The notes beneath the pieces are model-generated. The model did no database searches. It saw only the letters and a program-made list of their open reading frames with translations, and was not told the origin of the DNA. This document shows positions 30,469-39,194 of a stretch of DNA of 64,000 bases, one piece after another. Origin of the DNA: Nitrospirae bacterium MYbin3 (lineage in GTDB: Bacteria > Nitrospirota > Thermodesulfovibrionia > Thermodesulfovibrionales > Dissulfurispiraceae); contig PEAD01000011.1 of NCBI GenBank assembly GCA_002753335.1, positions 1-64,000 on the forward strand, given 5' to 3'. The translations under genes were made by a program, and so were the position numbers. How positions within the stretch are numbered: the first letter of the stretch is position 1; every line of letters begins with the position of its first letter.

Positions 30469-31629
30469 TTACGCTGCTGTCTTCTTTTTCTTTTCTGCTG
30501 CGAGTCTGTGAACTTCGACCACGTTGAAGGTGCCATCAATCGCCTGAACAGGGCACTTGGCGGTGCAGATGCCGCAGCCGATACACTTAGACTGATTGAC
30601 TTCGTGCTTCTTTTTCGGCTCCCCGCTGATGGCATCCATCGGACAGACTTTTTTGCAGGACTGGCAGCCGATGCATTTGTCTGTGATAACAGCCTTCGGC
30701 CTTGCAGGGATTAGATCAACTATCGCTTTTGTGGGGCATTTGGATACGCAGAGTCCGCAAACCCTGCATTTATCAAGGTCTATGCGCGAAAGATTTTTAT
30801 CGACTTTAGGTGCGTCGAACGGGCATACCTTTACACAGATGCCGCAGGCAATACAGCCTATCTGGCAGTTCTTCTTTGTATCAACACCTTTGTCTTTTGA
30901 ATGGCACGACACAAGCACCGCCTTGGATCCCGGAAGCACCTCAATAACTTTTTTCGGACAGGCTGCCTCGCACTTGCGGCAGCCTGTGCATTTAGTGATA
31001 TCAACAACAGGAAGCTTATTCGCATTCATCGCTATAGCGCCGAAAGGACATACTTTTTCGCAGGTGCCATATCCCAAGCATCCATAAATGCAGGACTTGT
31101 CGCCGCCTCCGGCAAGCACCGCTGCACGGCAATCCTGCACGCCTTCATAGTTAAACCTTCTTTGCGAAAGATTATGGCCGCCCTGACACATTATTCGTGC
31201 AAACTGTGGTTCTCTTATTTCCGCTTTTTTGCCGGTTATCAACGCAACCGCTTCGGCACCTTTCGCGCCGGCAGGAGTGCAAAGATTTGGCGCCACATCC
31301 GGATTATTCACAACAGCCTCAGCGTACTGCTCGCAGCCGGCGTATCCACAGGCTCCGCAGTGAGCGTGGGCAAGCACATCCTTCACCTGCTCGACCCTCG
31401 GGTCTATTTGAACAGAGAACCTCTTTGCCGCAAACGCAAGCCCTATCCCGAATACCGCGCCTACTCCGGCAAGAAATACGAGAGTCCATTTTACGAGAGG
31501 AACAATATCGATAGTCTCGCGCGCCTCAACACCGCCGCCAACGCCGCCAAGAGGAATCAAGAACTGGGTTAAGTCCATTCCCTGCAACAGGCCGATTATG
31601 TCTAAAATCAGCTTTTGAATCTCGTACAT
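30469..31629 (-). CDS. rnfB: Rnf complex subunit B (polyferredoxin type)
   Basis: TM helix, CGACGYAGC cluster, six ferredoxin-type CxxCxxCxxxCP-like motifs. Confidence 0.9.
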   Translation of the reverse strand: MYEIQKLILDIIGLLQGMDLTQFLIPLGGVGGGVEARETIDIVPLVKWTLVFLAGVGAVFGIGLAFAAKRFSVQIDPRVEQVKDVLAHAHCGACGYAGCEQYAEAVVNNPDVAPNLCTPAGAKGAEAVALITGKKAEIREPQFARIMCQGGHNLSQRRFNYEGVQDCRAAVLAGGGDKSCIYGCLGYGTCEKVCPFGAIAMNANKLPVVDITKCTGCRKCEAACPKKVIEVLPGSKAVLVSCHSKDKGVDTKKNCQIGCIACGICVKVCPFDAPKVDKNLSRIDLDKCRVCGLCVSKCPTKAIVDLIPARPKAVITDKCIGCQSCKKVCPMDAISGEPKKKHEVNQSKCIGCGICTAKCPVQAIDGTFNVVEVHRLAAEKKKKTAA

Positions 31630-31660
31630 TTAGTTAAACCTCCAAAAACGGAAGAAAGTT

Positions 31661-32254
31661 TTAAAGTGTTATCAGACCCGAAAAACCTGTAAAAGCAAGA
31701 GCTATCAACCCCGAAACGATAAACGCCATCGGCAGTCCTCTGAACGGGGCCGGAATATCCGCAAGCTCCAGTTTTTCGCGGATGCTCGCCATGATTATCA
31801 GTGCCAACGCAAATCCAATGCCGGAGCCGAGTCCAAAGGCAAGGCTCTCTATAAAATTATAATGCTCACCCGCATTTATGAGCGGAACCGCAAGTATAAT
31901 ACAGTTGGTCGAGATCAGCGCAAGGTATATGCCAAGCTTGTAATAAAGGGCTGGAGCAACTTTTCTCATTATAGTGTCCGATGCCTGAACAAAAGCGGCT
32001 ATAACGCCGATAAAAACAATAATCTTCAGAAAGGTTATATCCAGCGGCACCATAACAAAATTGAATATCACCCAACTTAAGGCGGCGCTTATCATCATGA
32101 CCGCGGTAAAGGTGACACTCATGCCGACAGCGGTTTCCATTTTCTTGGAAACACCGAAGAATATGCAGAGTCCAAGGAACCGGGTGAACACGAAGTTGTT
32201 TATCAGCGAGGCTGCGACTATCAGCTCAAAAAGTTTTGTAAAATCCATCGTCAT
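31661..32254 (-). CDS. rnfA: Rnf complex subunit A
   Basis: NNFVFTRFLGLC, LISTNC, PFRGLP. Confidence 0.92.
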   Translation of the reverse strand: MTMDFTKLFELIVAASLINNFVFTRFLGLCIFFGVSKKMETAVGMSVTFTAVMMISAALSWVIFNFVMVPLDITFLKIIVFIGVIAAFVQASDTIMRKVAPALYYKLGIYLALISTNCIILAVPLINAGEHYNFIESLAFGLGSGIGFALALIIMASIREKLELADIPAPFRGLPMAFIVSGLIALAFTGFSGLITL

Positions 32255-32267
32255 TTAAGTTGCCCCC

Positions 32268-32900
32268 TTAGTGCGATGCTGTAGCGCTCTTTTTTAAATA
32301 CCGGATGTCTATCCAGTTGAAAAGAGCCATCAGGATGCCGACCGCAAAGAATCCGCCTGCAGGCAAGATCATTATAAGAAGCGGTTTTGCGTTTATAATT
32401 GCATAGCCCCAAACAGAGCCTTTGCCGATCAGCTCCCTGAAGAAGCTGATGACCGTAAGCGCAAACAGAAAGCCAAGCCCCATGCCTATGCCGTCCACCA
32501 TCGAAGGCGCTATCTTGTTCTTGCTCGCAAACATCTCGGCGCGGGCAAGGATTGATGCAAAGGCAACTATAAGCTGAATATAAAGCCCCATCTGCTTGTA
32601 GATGTCCGGCACAAAAGCGGCCATTGACATGTCTGCAATAGTGACCCAACCCGAAATTACGAGCATGAATATCGGAAGCCTTACTTTAGGATGTATGAAT
32701 TTTCTCAAAACCGAAATCGTTATATTGACCATAGTCTGAACAAATAAGACCGCAACACCCATAAGAACGCCGTTTTTCAGGTTATTGGTAACCGCAATGG
32801 AAGGGCACAAGCTCAGCGCAAGCTTGAATATCGTATTTTCTTTTATAATACCGTTCTTTATTAAATCGAGGTAATTAACGGTGTCCGCTGTGTTCGCCAT
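32268..32900 (-). CDS. rnfE: Rnf complex subunit E
   Basis: LSLCPSIAVT, GRAE-like LARAE, ILPAGGFF. Confidence 0.92.
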   Translation of the reverse strand: MANTADTVNYLDLIKNGIIKENTIFKLALSLCPSIAVTNNLKNGVLMGVAVLFVQTMVNITISVLRKFIHPKVRLPIFMLVISGWVTIADMSMAAFVPDIYKQMGLYIQLIVAFASILARAEMFASKNKIAPSMVDGIGMGLGFLFALTVISFFRELIGKGSVWGYAIINAKPLLIMILPAGGFFAVGILMALFNWIDIRYLKKSATASH

Positions 32901-33471
32901 TGCCGGCACCTCCTTCGGTCATCTGCTTTTTCAAAAACTCCACGCCCTTCTTTACTGCATCATCGCAGACAGCGCGGCTCGAAATCGTTGCACCAGAAAT
33001 AGCCTGAACAAATTCTGTGGTTTCGGTTTTAAGAACTTTTAAATGTTCAGCATCTTTGCCTTTGAACTGGTCTTTGAAGCTGTCGGCCTCTATCTCATCG
33101 CCGAGGCCGGGTGTTTCGGCATGGCTCAAAACATTTATCTTTTTGACCTTGAAATCTTTGTCAACCGCAATAAGCGTATTTATGTAGCTAGAATATCCTT
33201 TTCCGAAGGACTGAATTACATACCCGATCACCTCATCGTCTTTTTTCGCAACAAAATATTCTGCATGTTTTTCGTGTATGGTCCAATCGCCCGCCTTTTC
33301 GATCTTGTCCGCCTCGGGCACAAGTTCTTTTAATGCCGCTTCTTTTGCGATCTTTGCGTTTTGAAACATTATCGGAGAAGTCTTTGCATAAACCCCGGCA
33401 AGTATAAGCCCGCCCGCAAGGTAAACCAAAACGAGATTCAAGGTTATTTTTAAAATGTCTTTGCCGGTCAT
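32875..33471 (-). CDS. rnfG: Rnf complex subunit G
   Basis: ETPGLG, FMN attachment motif SGATISS. Confidence 0.92.
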   Translation of the reverse strand: MTGKDILKITLNLVLVYLAGGLILAGVYAKTSPIMFQNAKIAKEAALKELVPEADKIEKAGDWTIHEKHAEYFVAKKDDEVIGYVIQSFGKGYSSYINTLIAVDKDFKVKKINVLSHAETPGLGDEIEADSFKDQFKGKDAEHLKVLKTETTEFVQAISGATISSRAVCDDAVKKGVEFLKKQMTEGGAGNGEHSGHR

Positions 33472-34478
33472 TTCTTAACCTCTTTCTTGGCGCCGAAAAC
33501 CTTAGTTTTAAAACCCCTGTCGATCAGCGGCGAGAAGCAGTTCATTATAAGAATCGCGAACATCACGCCTTCAGGATATCCGCCTTTCAGTCTTATAAGC
33601 ATCGTCAGAAAACCGCAGCCCGCACCAAAAAGGATTTGTCCGGCTTTAACCGACGGACAGGTGACATAATCTGTCGCCATAAAGAATGCTCCCAAAAGCA
33701 TACCGCCGCTCAGAAGATGCACTATCGGGTCGCCCGCAAAAAAAGCGCCTTTTGCTCCAAAGGCCCAAGCCATAAGACCGGCTGTTCCCAAAAACGAAAC
33801 CGGTATGTGCCATGTAATATATCCGCGGTAAAAAAGAAATGCTGCGCCCAAAAGCAAAGCTATCGCGGATGTTTCACCGATAGAGCCTGCCCTGTGGCCC
33901 GAAAGCAGCTGTAGATATAAATTCGAGTTGTCGCCGAACATTTCTAAAAGCTTTGCAACCCCTTCTTCCTTCAGAATTCCGAGCGGGGTAGCTGTGGTCT
34001 TTGCATCGAGTTTTATGAATGCGGCTGTAGGCTCCGCCCAGATGGTCATTAGCTTAGGAAATGATATTAAAAGAAACGCCCTGCCTATCAGTGCGGGGTT
34101 GAAAACATTGTATCCTAGTCCGCCAAAAAGCTGTTTTGTAATTACGACCGCAACGACAGAGCCGACTATCGGTATATAAAAAGGAACAGTGGGCGGCAGG
34201 TTTAATCCCAAAAGCAGTCCGGTCAAAAACGCGCTGCCGTCATTAACTGTAATTTTTCTATCGGTCCCTTTTTGATATAAAAATTCTGAAAGAATCGAGG
34301 CGATTATACAGAGCGCAACATTTAAAACAGCCTTAGGACCGAAAAAGTATGCGCCCATAACCGTTGCAGGCAAAAGAGAAGCTGATACGCTCCACATAAT
34401 CCGGCTTGTGGTCTCTTCACTCCGCACATGCGGGCTTACAGAAAGAGTCAACTGGTGGTCTTTTTTCAATTTCTCCAT
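33468..34478 (-). CDS. rnfD: Rnf complex subunit D
   Basis: SPHV, KQLFGGLGYNVFNPAL, TTATPL, FFMATD. Confidence 0.93.
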   Translation of the reverse strand: MEKLKKDHQLTLSVSPHVRSEETTSRIMWSVSASLLPATVMGAYFFGPKAVLNVALCIIASILSEFLYQKGTDRKITVNDGSAFLTGLLLGLNLPPTVPFYIPIVGSVVAVVITKQLFGGLGYNVFNPALIGRAFLLISFPKLMTIWAEPTAAFIKLDAKTTATPLGILKEEGVAKLLEMFGDNSNLYLQLLSGHRAGSIGETSAIALLLGAAFLFYRGYITWHIPVSFLGTAGLMAWAFGAKGAFFAGDPIVHLLSGGMLLGAFFMATDYVTCPSVKAGQILFGAGCGFLTMLIRLKGGYPEGVMFAILIMNCFSPLIDRGFKTKVFGAKKEVKK

Positions 34479-34488
34479 CAATGCTCCG

Positions 34489-35796
34489 TTAGGGTTTAAC
34501 CATTGTTTTTGCAAGTCTCACAAACTGTACTATCGGCCTTTTGGATGGACAGACAAAGGTGCATGAGCCGCACTCAAAGCAGTCAAAAAGATTATATGCC
34601 TTTGCATCTTCATAAAAGCCTTTTTCTGAATAAACGCTCAGCATCGAAGGTATCAGGCCCATAGGGCATGCGTCAATACATCTGCCGCAACGAATGCAGG
34701 GGCCGAACTCATCGAGGTGAAAGGCCTCTGATTCAGGAAGCACCAGCACACCCGAAGTTCCTTTGGTAACCGGCGTTTCTGTCGAATAAACAGCAAAGCC
34801 CATCATCGGGCCGCCCGATATCACCTTTGCTGCTTCGGAGCTATATCCGCCGCAATCTTCTATGAGTTCAGAAACGAGAGTTCCGATTTTTACAAGAAGG
34901 TTCCTTGGCTCTTTAATGCCCTCTCCTGTAACCGTAACAACCCGCTCAACAAGCGGCTTTCCATACCTTGCGGCTTCATATACCGCAATTGCGGTGCCTA
35001 TATTCTGCACCACAACGCCCACATCCATCGGAAGAGCCCTCGGAGGAACCTCACGGTCAGCGCAGGCCTTTATCAGCATTTTTTCTGCTCCTTGAGGATA
35101 TTTGACCTCAAGTGCGCAGACCTGAATATTCTGTTCTCCTGAAACAGCATTTTTCATTATCTCTATAGCGTCAGGCTTGTTGTTCTCTATGCCGATAAAT
35201 CCTTTATTAACACCAATAATCTTCATCAAAACCTTCAGGCCTTCGATTATATCCTTAGGCCTTTCTATCATTAACCGGTAATCTGCGGTTAGATACGGCT
35301 CACACTCCGCACCGTTTATTATGACCACATCAATAGGCTTTTCCTTTGGCGGCGAGAGTTTGACATGCGCAGGAAATGCTGCCCCCCCCATGCCTACAAT
35401 TCCGGCATCTTTAACCTTTGTTTTGAGTTCGTCGGGAGAGAGGTTCATATAATCCGAGTTGTCTTTCAATGCAGTCCATTCGTCTGTTCCGGAGTTTTCG
35501 ATAACCACAGAGGGTACTAAGCGGCCTGTTGCAACAGGGAAATCGGCAATAGCGACAACCTTGCCCGAAACAGAAGAATGCACAGGCGACGAAACAAAGC
35601 CTTCGGGCGTGCCCACCACCTCGCCCCTTTTCACTTCCTGCCCTATGCTAACCGCAAGCTTGCAGGGCGCACCGATATGCTGGGATAAAGGAATGACAAC
35701 CCTTTTAGGAGAACGGGCAGGGGTTATCTCTTTGCCTTTTGAAAGCTCTTTTTTATCAGGAGGATGTATTCCCCCCTTAAATGTTGCCAAAGCCAT
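34489..35796 (-). CDS. rnfC: Rnf complex subunit C
   Basis: GGIHP, GMGGAAFP, NGAECEPYLTAD, YPQGAEK, CIRCGRC, CFECGSC. Confidence 0.95.
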   Translation of the reverse strand: MALATFKGGIHPPDKKELSKGKEITPARSPKRVVIPLSQHIGAPCKLAVSIGQEVKRGEVVGTPEGFVSSPVHSSVSGKVVAIADFPVATGRLVPSVVIENSGTDEWTALKDNSDYMNLSPDELKTKVKDAGIVGMGGAAFPAHVKLSPPKEKPIDVVIINGAECEPYLTADYRLMIERPKDIIEGLKVLMKIIGVNKGFIGIENNKPDAIEIMKNAVSGEQNIQVCALEVKYPQGAEKMLIKACADREVPPRALPMDVGVVVQNIGTAIAVYEAARYGKPLVERVVTVTGEGIKEPRNLLVKIGTLVSELIEDCGGYSSEAAKVISGGPMMGFAVYSTETPVTKGTSGVLVLPESEAFHLDEFGPCIRCGRCIDACPMGLIPSMLSVYSEKGFYEDAKAYNLFDCFECGSCTFVCPSKRPIVQFVRLAKTMVKP

Positions 35797-35917
35797 TTAA
35801 TGCTCCTCCGGATTCGAACATAAAACCGCAAAAAAGTCTTTAAGTAATAACATTACAATCTTGAAGATGTCAAGAATTTTTGATACTGAATGAAGATTGG
35901 TTATTAACACATAAACA

Positions 35918-36433
35918 TCAAAGCTTGGCCAATGCTTTTTTTATCAGTTTATCTTTTTTAGAGGGTTGGTAAGCGCTGCCTTTATAATCGGGTAGGCATT
36001 CATCATCTTCGTCTTTAAAATATCGGGGGGAATTTTCTGCAGTCTTATCAGACAAATCTTTTTTCACTATACCCAAAACTCTTTCATAAAATTTTTCTGA
36101 AGATACAGGAATCGAATTAACATGCCATGCATGATTTGCTATATCCCGGTCCGAACTGACCACAATCCACTCTTTTCTCTGCGCCGATACAATGCGCTTT
36201 ATCACATCGTCTGCGCGCTCGCCGAGCTTTGAATATATTATTTTTACGCCGCCTCTTGCCGAGACATTTTCTGCCGCAGCCCCGCTTTTGTGGCCGTCAA
36301 AAACTACGGTTATATCATGGCTTCTTTTCAGTTTGTATTCTATAAGAATTTCTATAAGACCGTGCCGTGCCTTTTCCATGTCTCTGTGAAAAATGCCGAT
36401 GACATTGTAGCCGTCTATAATTATAGGCGCGAT
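35918..36433 (-). CDS. NYN/YacP-like (PIN-fold) ribonuclease; apparent ATC start
   Basis: IIIDGYNV, VVFDG, ADDVI, VVSSDRDI; AGGAGG 7 nt before ATC at 36433. Confidence 0.8.
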   Translation of the reverse strand: MAPIIIDGYNVIGIFHRDMEKARHGLIEILIEYKLKRSHDITVVFDGHKSGAAAENVSARGGVKIIYSKLGERADDVIKRIVSAQRKEWIVVSSDRDIANHAWHVNSIPVSSEKFYERVLGIVKKDLSDKTAENSPRYFKDEDDECLPDYKGSAYQPSKKDKLIKKALAKL

Positions 36434-36455
36434 GTTAGAGCCTCCTGCGACATTT

Positions 36456-36626
36456 TCATGCCCTATTGCATGGCCTTGCCGCTATACGGTTCCATGTAAT
36501 TTCGTCTATCTCCTCAAGGCAATCAGAAATCCTGAATTCTCTGCCGCATGCCACGCACCGGAAGAAAACGGTCTTTCAGGTTGACGCTAAATCGAGTCTT
36601 GCCCCGCAAATCCTGCATTTCATCAT
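36456..36626 (-). CDS. Dual-CxxC small selenoprotein (in-frame TGA at 36578-36576 read as Sec)
   Basis: MMKCRICGARLDLAST-U-KTVFFRCVACGREFRISDCLEEIDEITWNRIAARPCNRA; hairpin downstream of the TGA. Confidence 0.75.
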
Positions 36627-36672
36627 AATAAATACTCTGGCAAAAACATAATTTTTACTATACCATACAGCG

Positions 36673-37191
36673 GTGGAGCTGCTGAATCTGTTGAACAAGA
36701 ACCTCTCATTCAAAAATAAGGCGAATTGGGATAAAACGCTTTTGCTTCTTGAAAATGCGTTTAAAGCCCCCGAAATGCTCAGGCTTAAAGGAGTTGCGCT
36801 ATCATTGGTTGAAGCTGTACGTCTAATGGACGGCTTTATACAGGAAAACAGCGCGCAAGTCTGCCCCGACTGCGTCAAGGTTTGCTGCAAAAACACCCAC
36901 TCTTATTACGACCACGAAGACCTTATTTTTATCTATTCTTTGGGCAGAAAAGCACCTGAGTATGCACCCGAAATCGATGATGAAGATGCCTGTCAGTTCA
37001 TTTCCGAAAAAGGATGCACAATCGAAAGAGCGTTCAGGCCGTTCAGGTGCAACTGGTATTTTTGTGATCCTCTAATCAAGCATATGGAAGAGGGGCCTCA
37101 AAAAGCTTACCGAAAATTTATCGCGATATTTCACGATGCGATAGACTTAAGGCGCAGGCTTGTCGAGGATTTTTTTATGCTTCAAAAATAG
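36673..37191 (+). CDS. Cys-rich hypothetical protein (YkgJ-like metal-cluster pattern)
   Basis: CPDCVKVCC, CQFISEKGC, RPFRCNWYFC. Confidence 0.7.
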   Translation: MELLNLLNKNLSFKNKANWDKTLLLLENAFKAPEMLRLKGVALSLVEAVRLMDGFIQENSAQVCPDCVKVCCKNTHSYYDHEDLIFIYSLGRKAPEYAPEIDDEDACQFISEKGCTIERAFRPFRCNWYFCDPLIKHMEEGPQKAYRKFIAIFHDAIDLRRRLVEDFFMLQK

Positions 37192-37255
37192 AGTTGAAGC
37201 TTTAGCCTGTTGCTGTGGTATTATTATCGAATAAAACGCCTAAGGAGAGAGAACC

Positions 37256-38155
37256 ATGCTTAATGATGAGCAACTTTACAGGCACCTTCTTGATGAGATG
37301 CATGACGGCATCTACATTGTTGATAAAGATAAAAACATAACCTACTGGAACAAGTCGGCCGAGAGGCTGACCGGCTACAAAGCTACCGATACAATAGGTT
37401 CGCACTGTTCAGGCGATATATTAATGCATTGCGACAAAGGCGGCGCCACCCTCTGCAAAAAGTTCTGTCCCGTAAACGAATCTATAACAAACGGCAAAAG
37501 ATTTGAAGCTGAGGTCTATCTACAACACAGGGAAGGCCACAGGGTTCCTGTGCTTATGTGCATATCCCCGCTCATCGATAAAGAGGGCAAAATTACCGGT
37601 GCGGTCGAAATATTCAGCGACCACTCTTGGAGCGTTGCGGCGGTTGACAGAATAGAAGAGCTTCGCAAAATAGCGCTTCTGGACGCCCTTACTGAAGTCG
37701 CAAACAGACGGTTCATAGAGATAAGCATCTCGAATCTTTTATCCGGCATGAAGCGTTATAACTTCCCGTTCGGCTTGCTTTTCGTAGATGTTGATCATTT
37801 CAAAAAAATTAATGACACTTACGGACATGAAATTGGGGACAGGATTTTAAAGATAATAGCAAAATCATTAAGCAGTACTTTAAGGCCTCTTGATGTAATC
37901 GGCCGGTGGGGCGGAGAGGAATTCGTGGTTTTGCTTCTTCATGCTACACACGAAAATCTGACCGCAGTAGCAACCCGTTTGCGCCTGCTCGTTGAAAATT
38001 CTTTCCTCAACACAGAAAATGGCGTAATACGCACAACCGTTTCTATTGGCGGCACCGTTGCAACCGCTGATGACACTATAGAAACAGTAATCAAGCGTGC
38101 AGATGAGCTTATGTACCAGAGCAAACAAAAAGGCAGGAACTGTGTAACTATTTAG
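37256..38155 (+). CDS. PAS-GGDEF diguanylate cyclase
   Basis: PAS (YWNKSAERLTGY), DALT, GGEEF, RPLD I-site. Confidence 0.93.
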   Translation: MLNDEQLYRHLLDEMHDGIYIVDKDKNITYWNKSAERLTGYKATDTIGSHCSGDILMHCDKGGATLCKKFCPVNESITNGKRFEAEVYLQHREGHRVPVLMCISPLIDKEGKITGAVEIFSDHSWSVAAVDRIEELRKIALLDALTEVANRRFIEISISNLLSGMKRYNFPFGLLFVDVDHFKKINDTYGHEIGDRILKIIAKSLSSTLRPLDVIGRWGGEEFVVLLLHATHENLTAVATRLRLLVENSFLNTENGVIRTTVSIGGTVATADDTIETVIKRADELMYQSKQKGRNCVTI

Positions 38156-39194
38156 GCTCTGGGTTGTCGTTTAGTTTTTGTTCTATAAAAGACAAGACAT
38201 CATCATTCAATTTTAGTTTGGCGCGCGCAAACAAAATATTTTTACGAAGGTTAAGCGCCCTAATCTTAACCCCGTCTTTTTCGGTAGCGAGTATATATTC
38301 GGCATCGGCTTTCTCTGCACGGCCGCAAACAAAATCGATATCCGCCTGCCGGTATCTATAGTGGTCCCTAAACGAAACGAAATCGCAAACCTCAATTCCT
38401 ATAGAAATAAGCGTGTTCTTGAATGATTCGGGCCGGGCTATGCCGCAGAAGGCGATTGCCTTTTTGCCTTTTAGCGATTCTTGGGCAAAATCCCTGCCAC
38501 CTATATCTATAAATGAATCAACAGCATATTCTGCGAATGAAACCCTTGCGCCAGAATTCAAGGCTTTAATCTCTTCTAAAAGCCCGCTGTTTCTTGTTTT
38601 TGTCACAAGTATAGCATCAGCCCGCTTAAGCTCTTCAAGCGGCTCACGCAGAATGCCTAACGGCAGCAACCGCCTGTTGCCAAAAGGGCTAGCGCCATCC
38701 AAAAGAACGACATCAACATCCCTGTAAAGCTTCCAGTGCTGAAAACCGTCATCGAGAATAAAAACCAACTTGTTCCTATGCTCGCCAGAAAGATAACTTA
38801 TTGCAAAATTGCCGCCTTCATGTCTATCCGCACATTTCACAACCGGCATATTTTTAAGCTTTTCTGCCATCAGCAAAGGCTCGTCTCCGGCTTCCTCTAC
38901 AGACTCGCAAAACTGAGGATTGCCGGACAATTCTAATGTGTTAATATTTTTTTTACTGCCTACAAAACAGGGGCCTGCAGCCTTTCCCATGTAGCCACGT
39001 GTTAATATTACCGGTGCGTAGCCCTTGATCCTTAGCCCTTCGGCAAGAGCAATAGCAGCAGGGGTTTTGCCTGTGCCTCCGGTTGTGATATTGCCGATGC
39101 TTATGACCTTGAACGGAAGATGTTTTTGATGTTTAAACCAGTAATTTTTTTTAATGCTGCATCCGAACGAATAAATTGCTTCAAGAAATGTCAT
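38148..39194 (-). CDS. lpxK: Tetraacyldisaccharide 4'-kinase
   Basis: GNITTGGTGKTP, LTRGY, GDEP, LDDGFQH, LREP. Confidence 0.95.
   Translation of the reverse strand: MTFLEAIYSFGCSIKKNYWFKHQKHLPFKVISIGNITTGGTGKTPAAIALAEGLRIKGYAPVILTRGYMGKAAGPCFVGSKKNINTLELSGNPQFCESVEEAGDEPLLMAEKLKNMPVVKCADRHEGGNFAISYLSGEHRNKLVFILDDGFQHWKLYRDVDVVLLDGASPFGNRRLLPLGILREPLEELKRADAILVTKTRNSGLLEEIKALNSGARVSFAEYAVDSFIDIGGRDFAQESLKGKKAIAFCGIARPESFKNTLISIGIEVCDFVSFRDHYRYRQADIDFVCGRAEKADAEYILATEKDGVKIRALNLRKNILFARAKLKLNDDVLSFIEQKLNDNPEPK

Noticed and set aside
36576..36896. 106-aa ORF as given in the track
   Set aside because: Most of it is antisense to 36673-37191; only its last 16 codons belong to the proposed selenoprotein.
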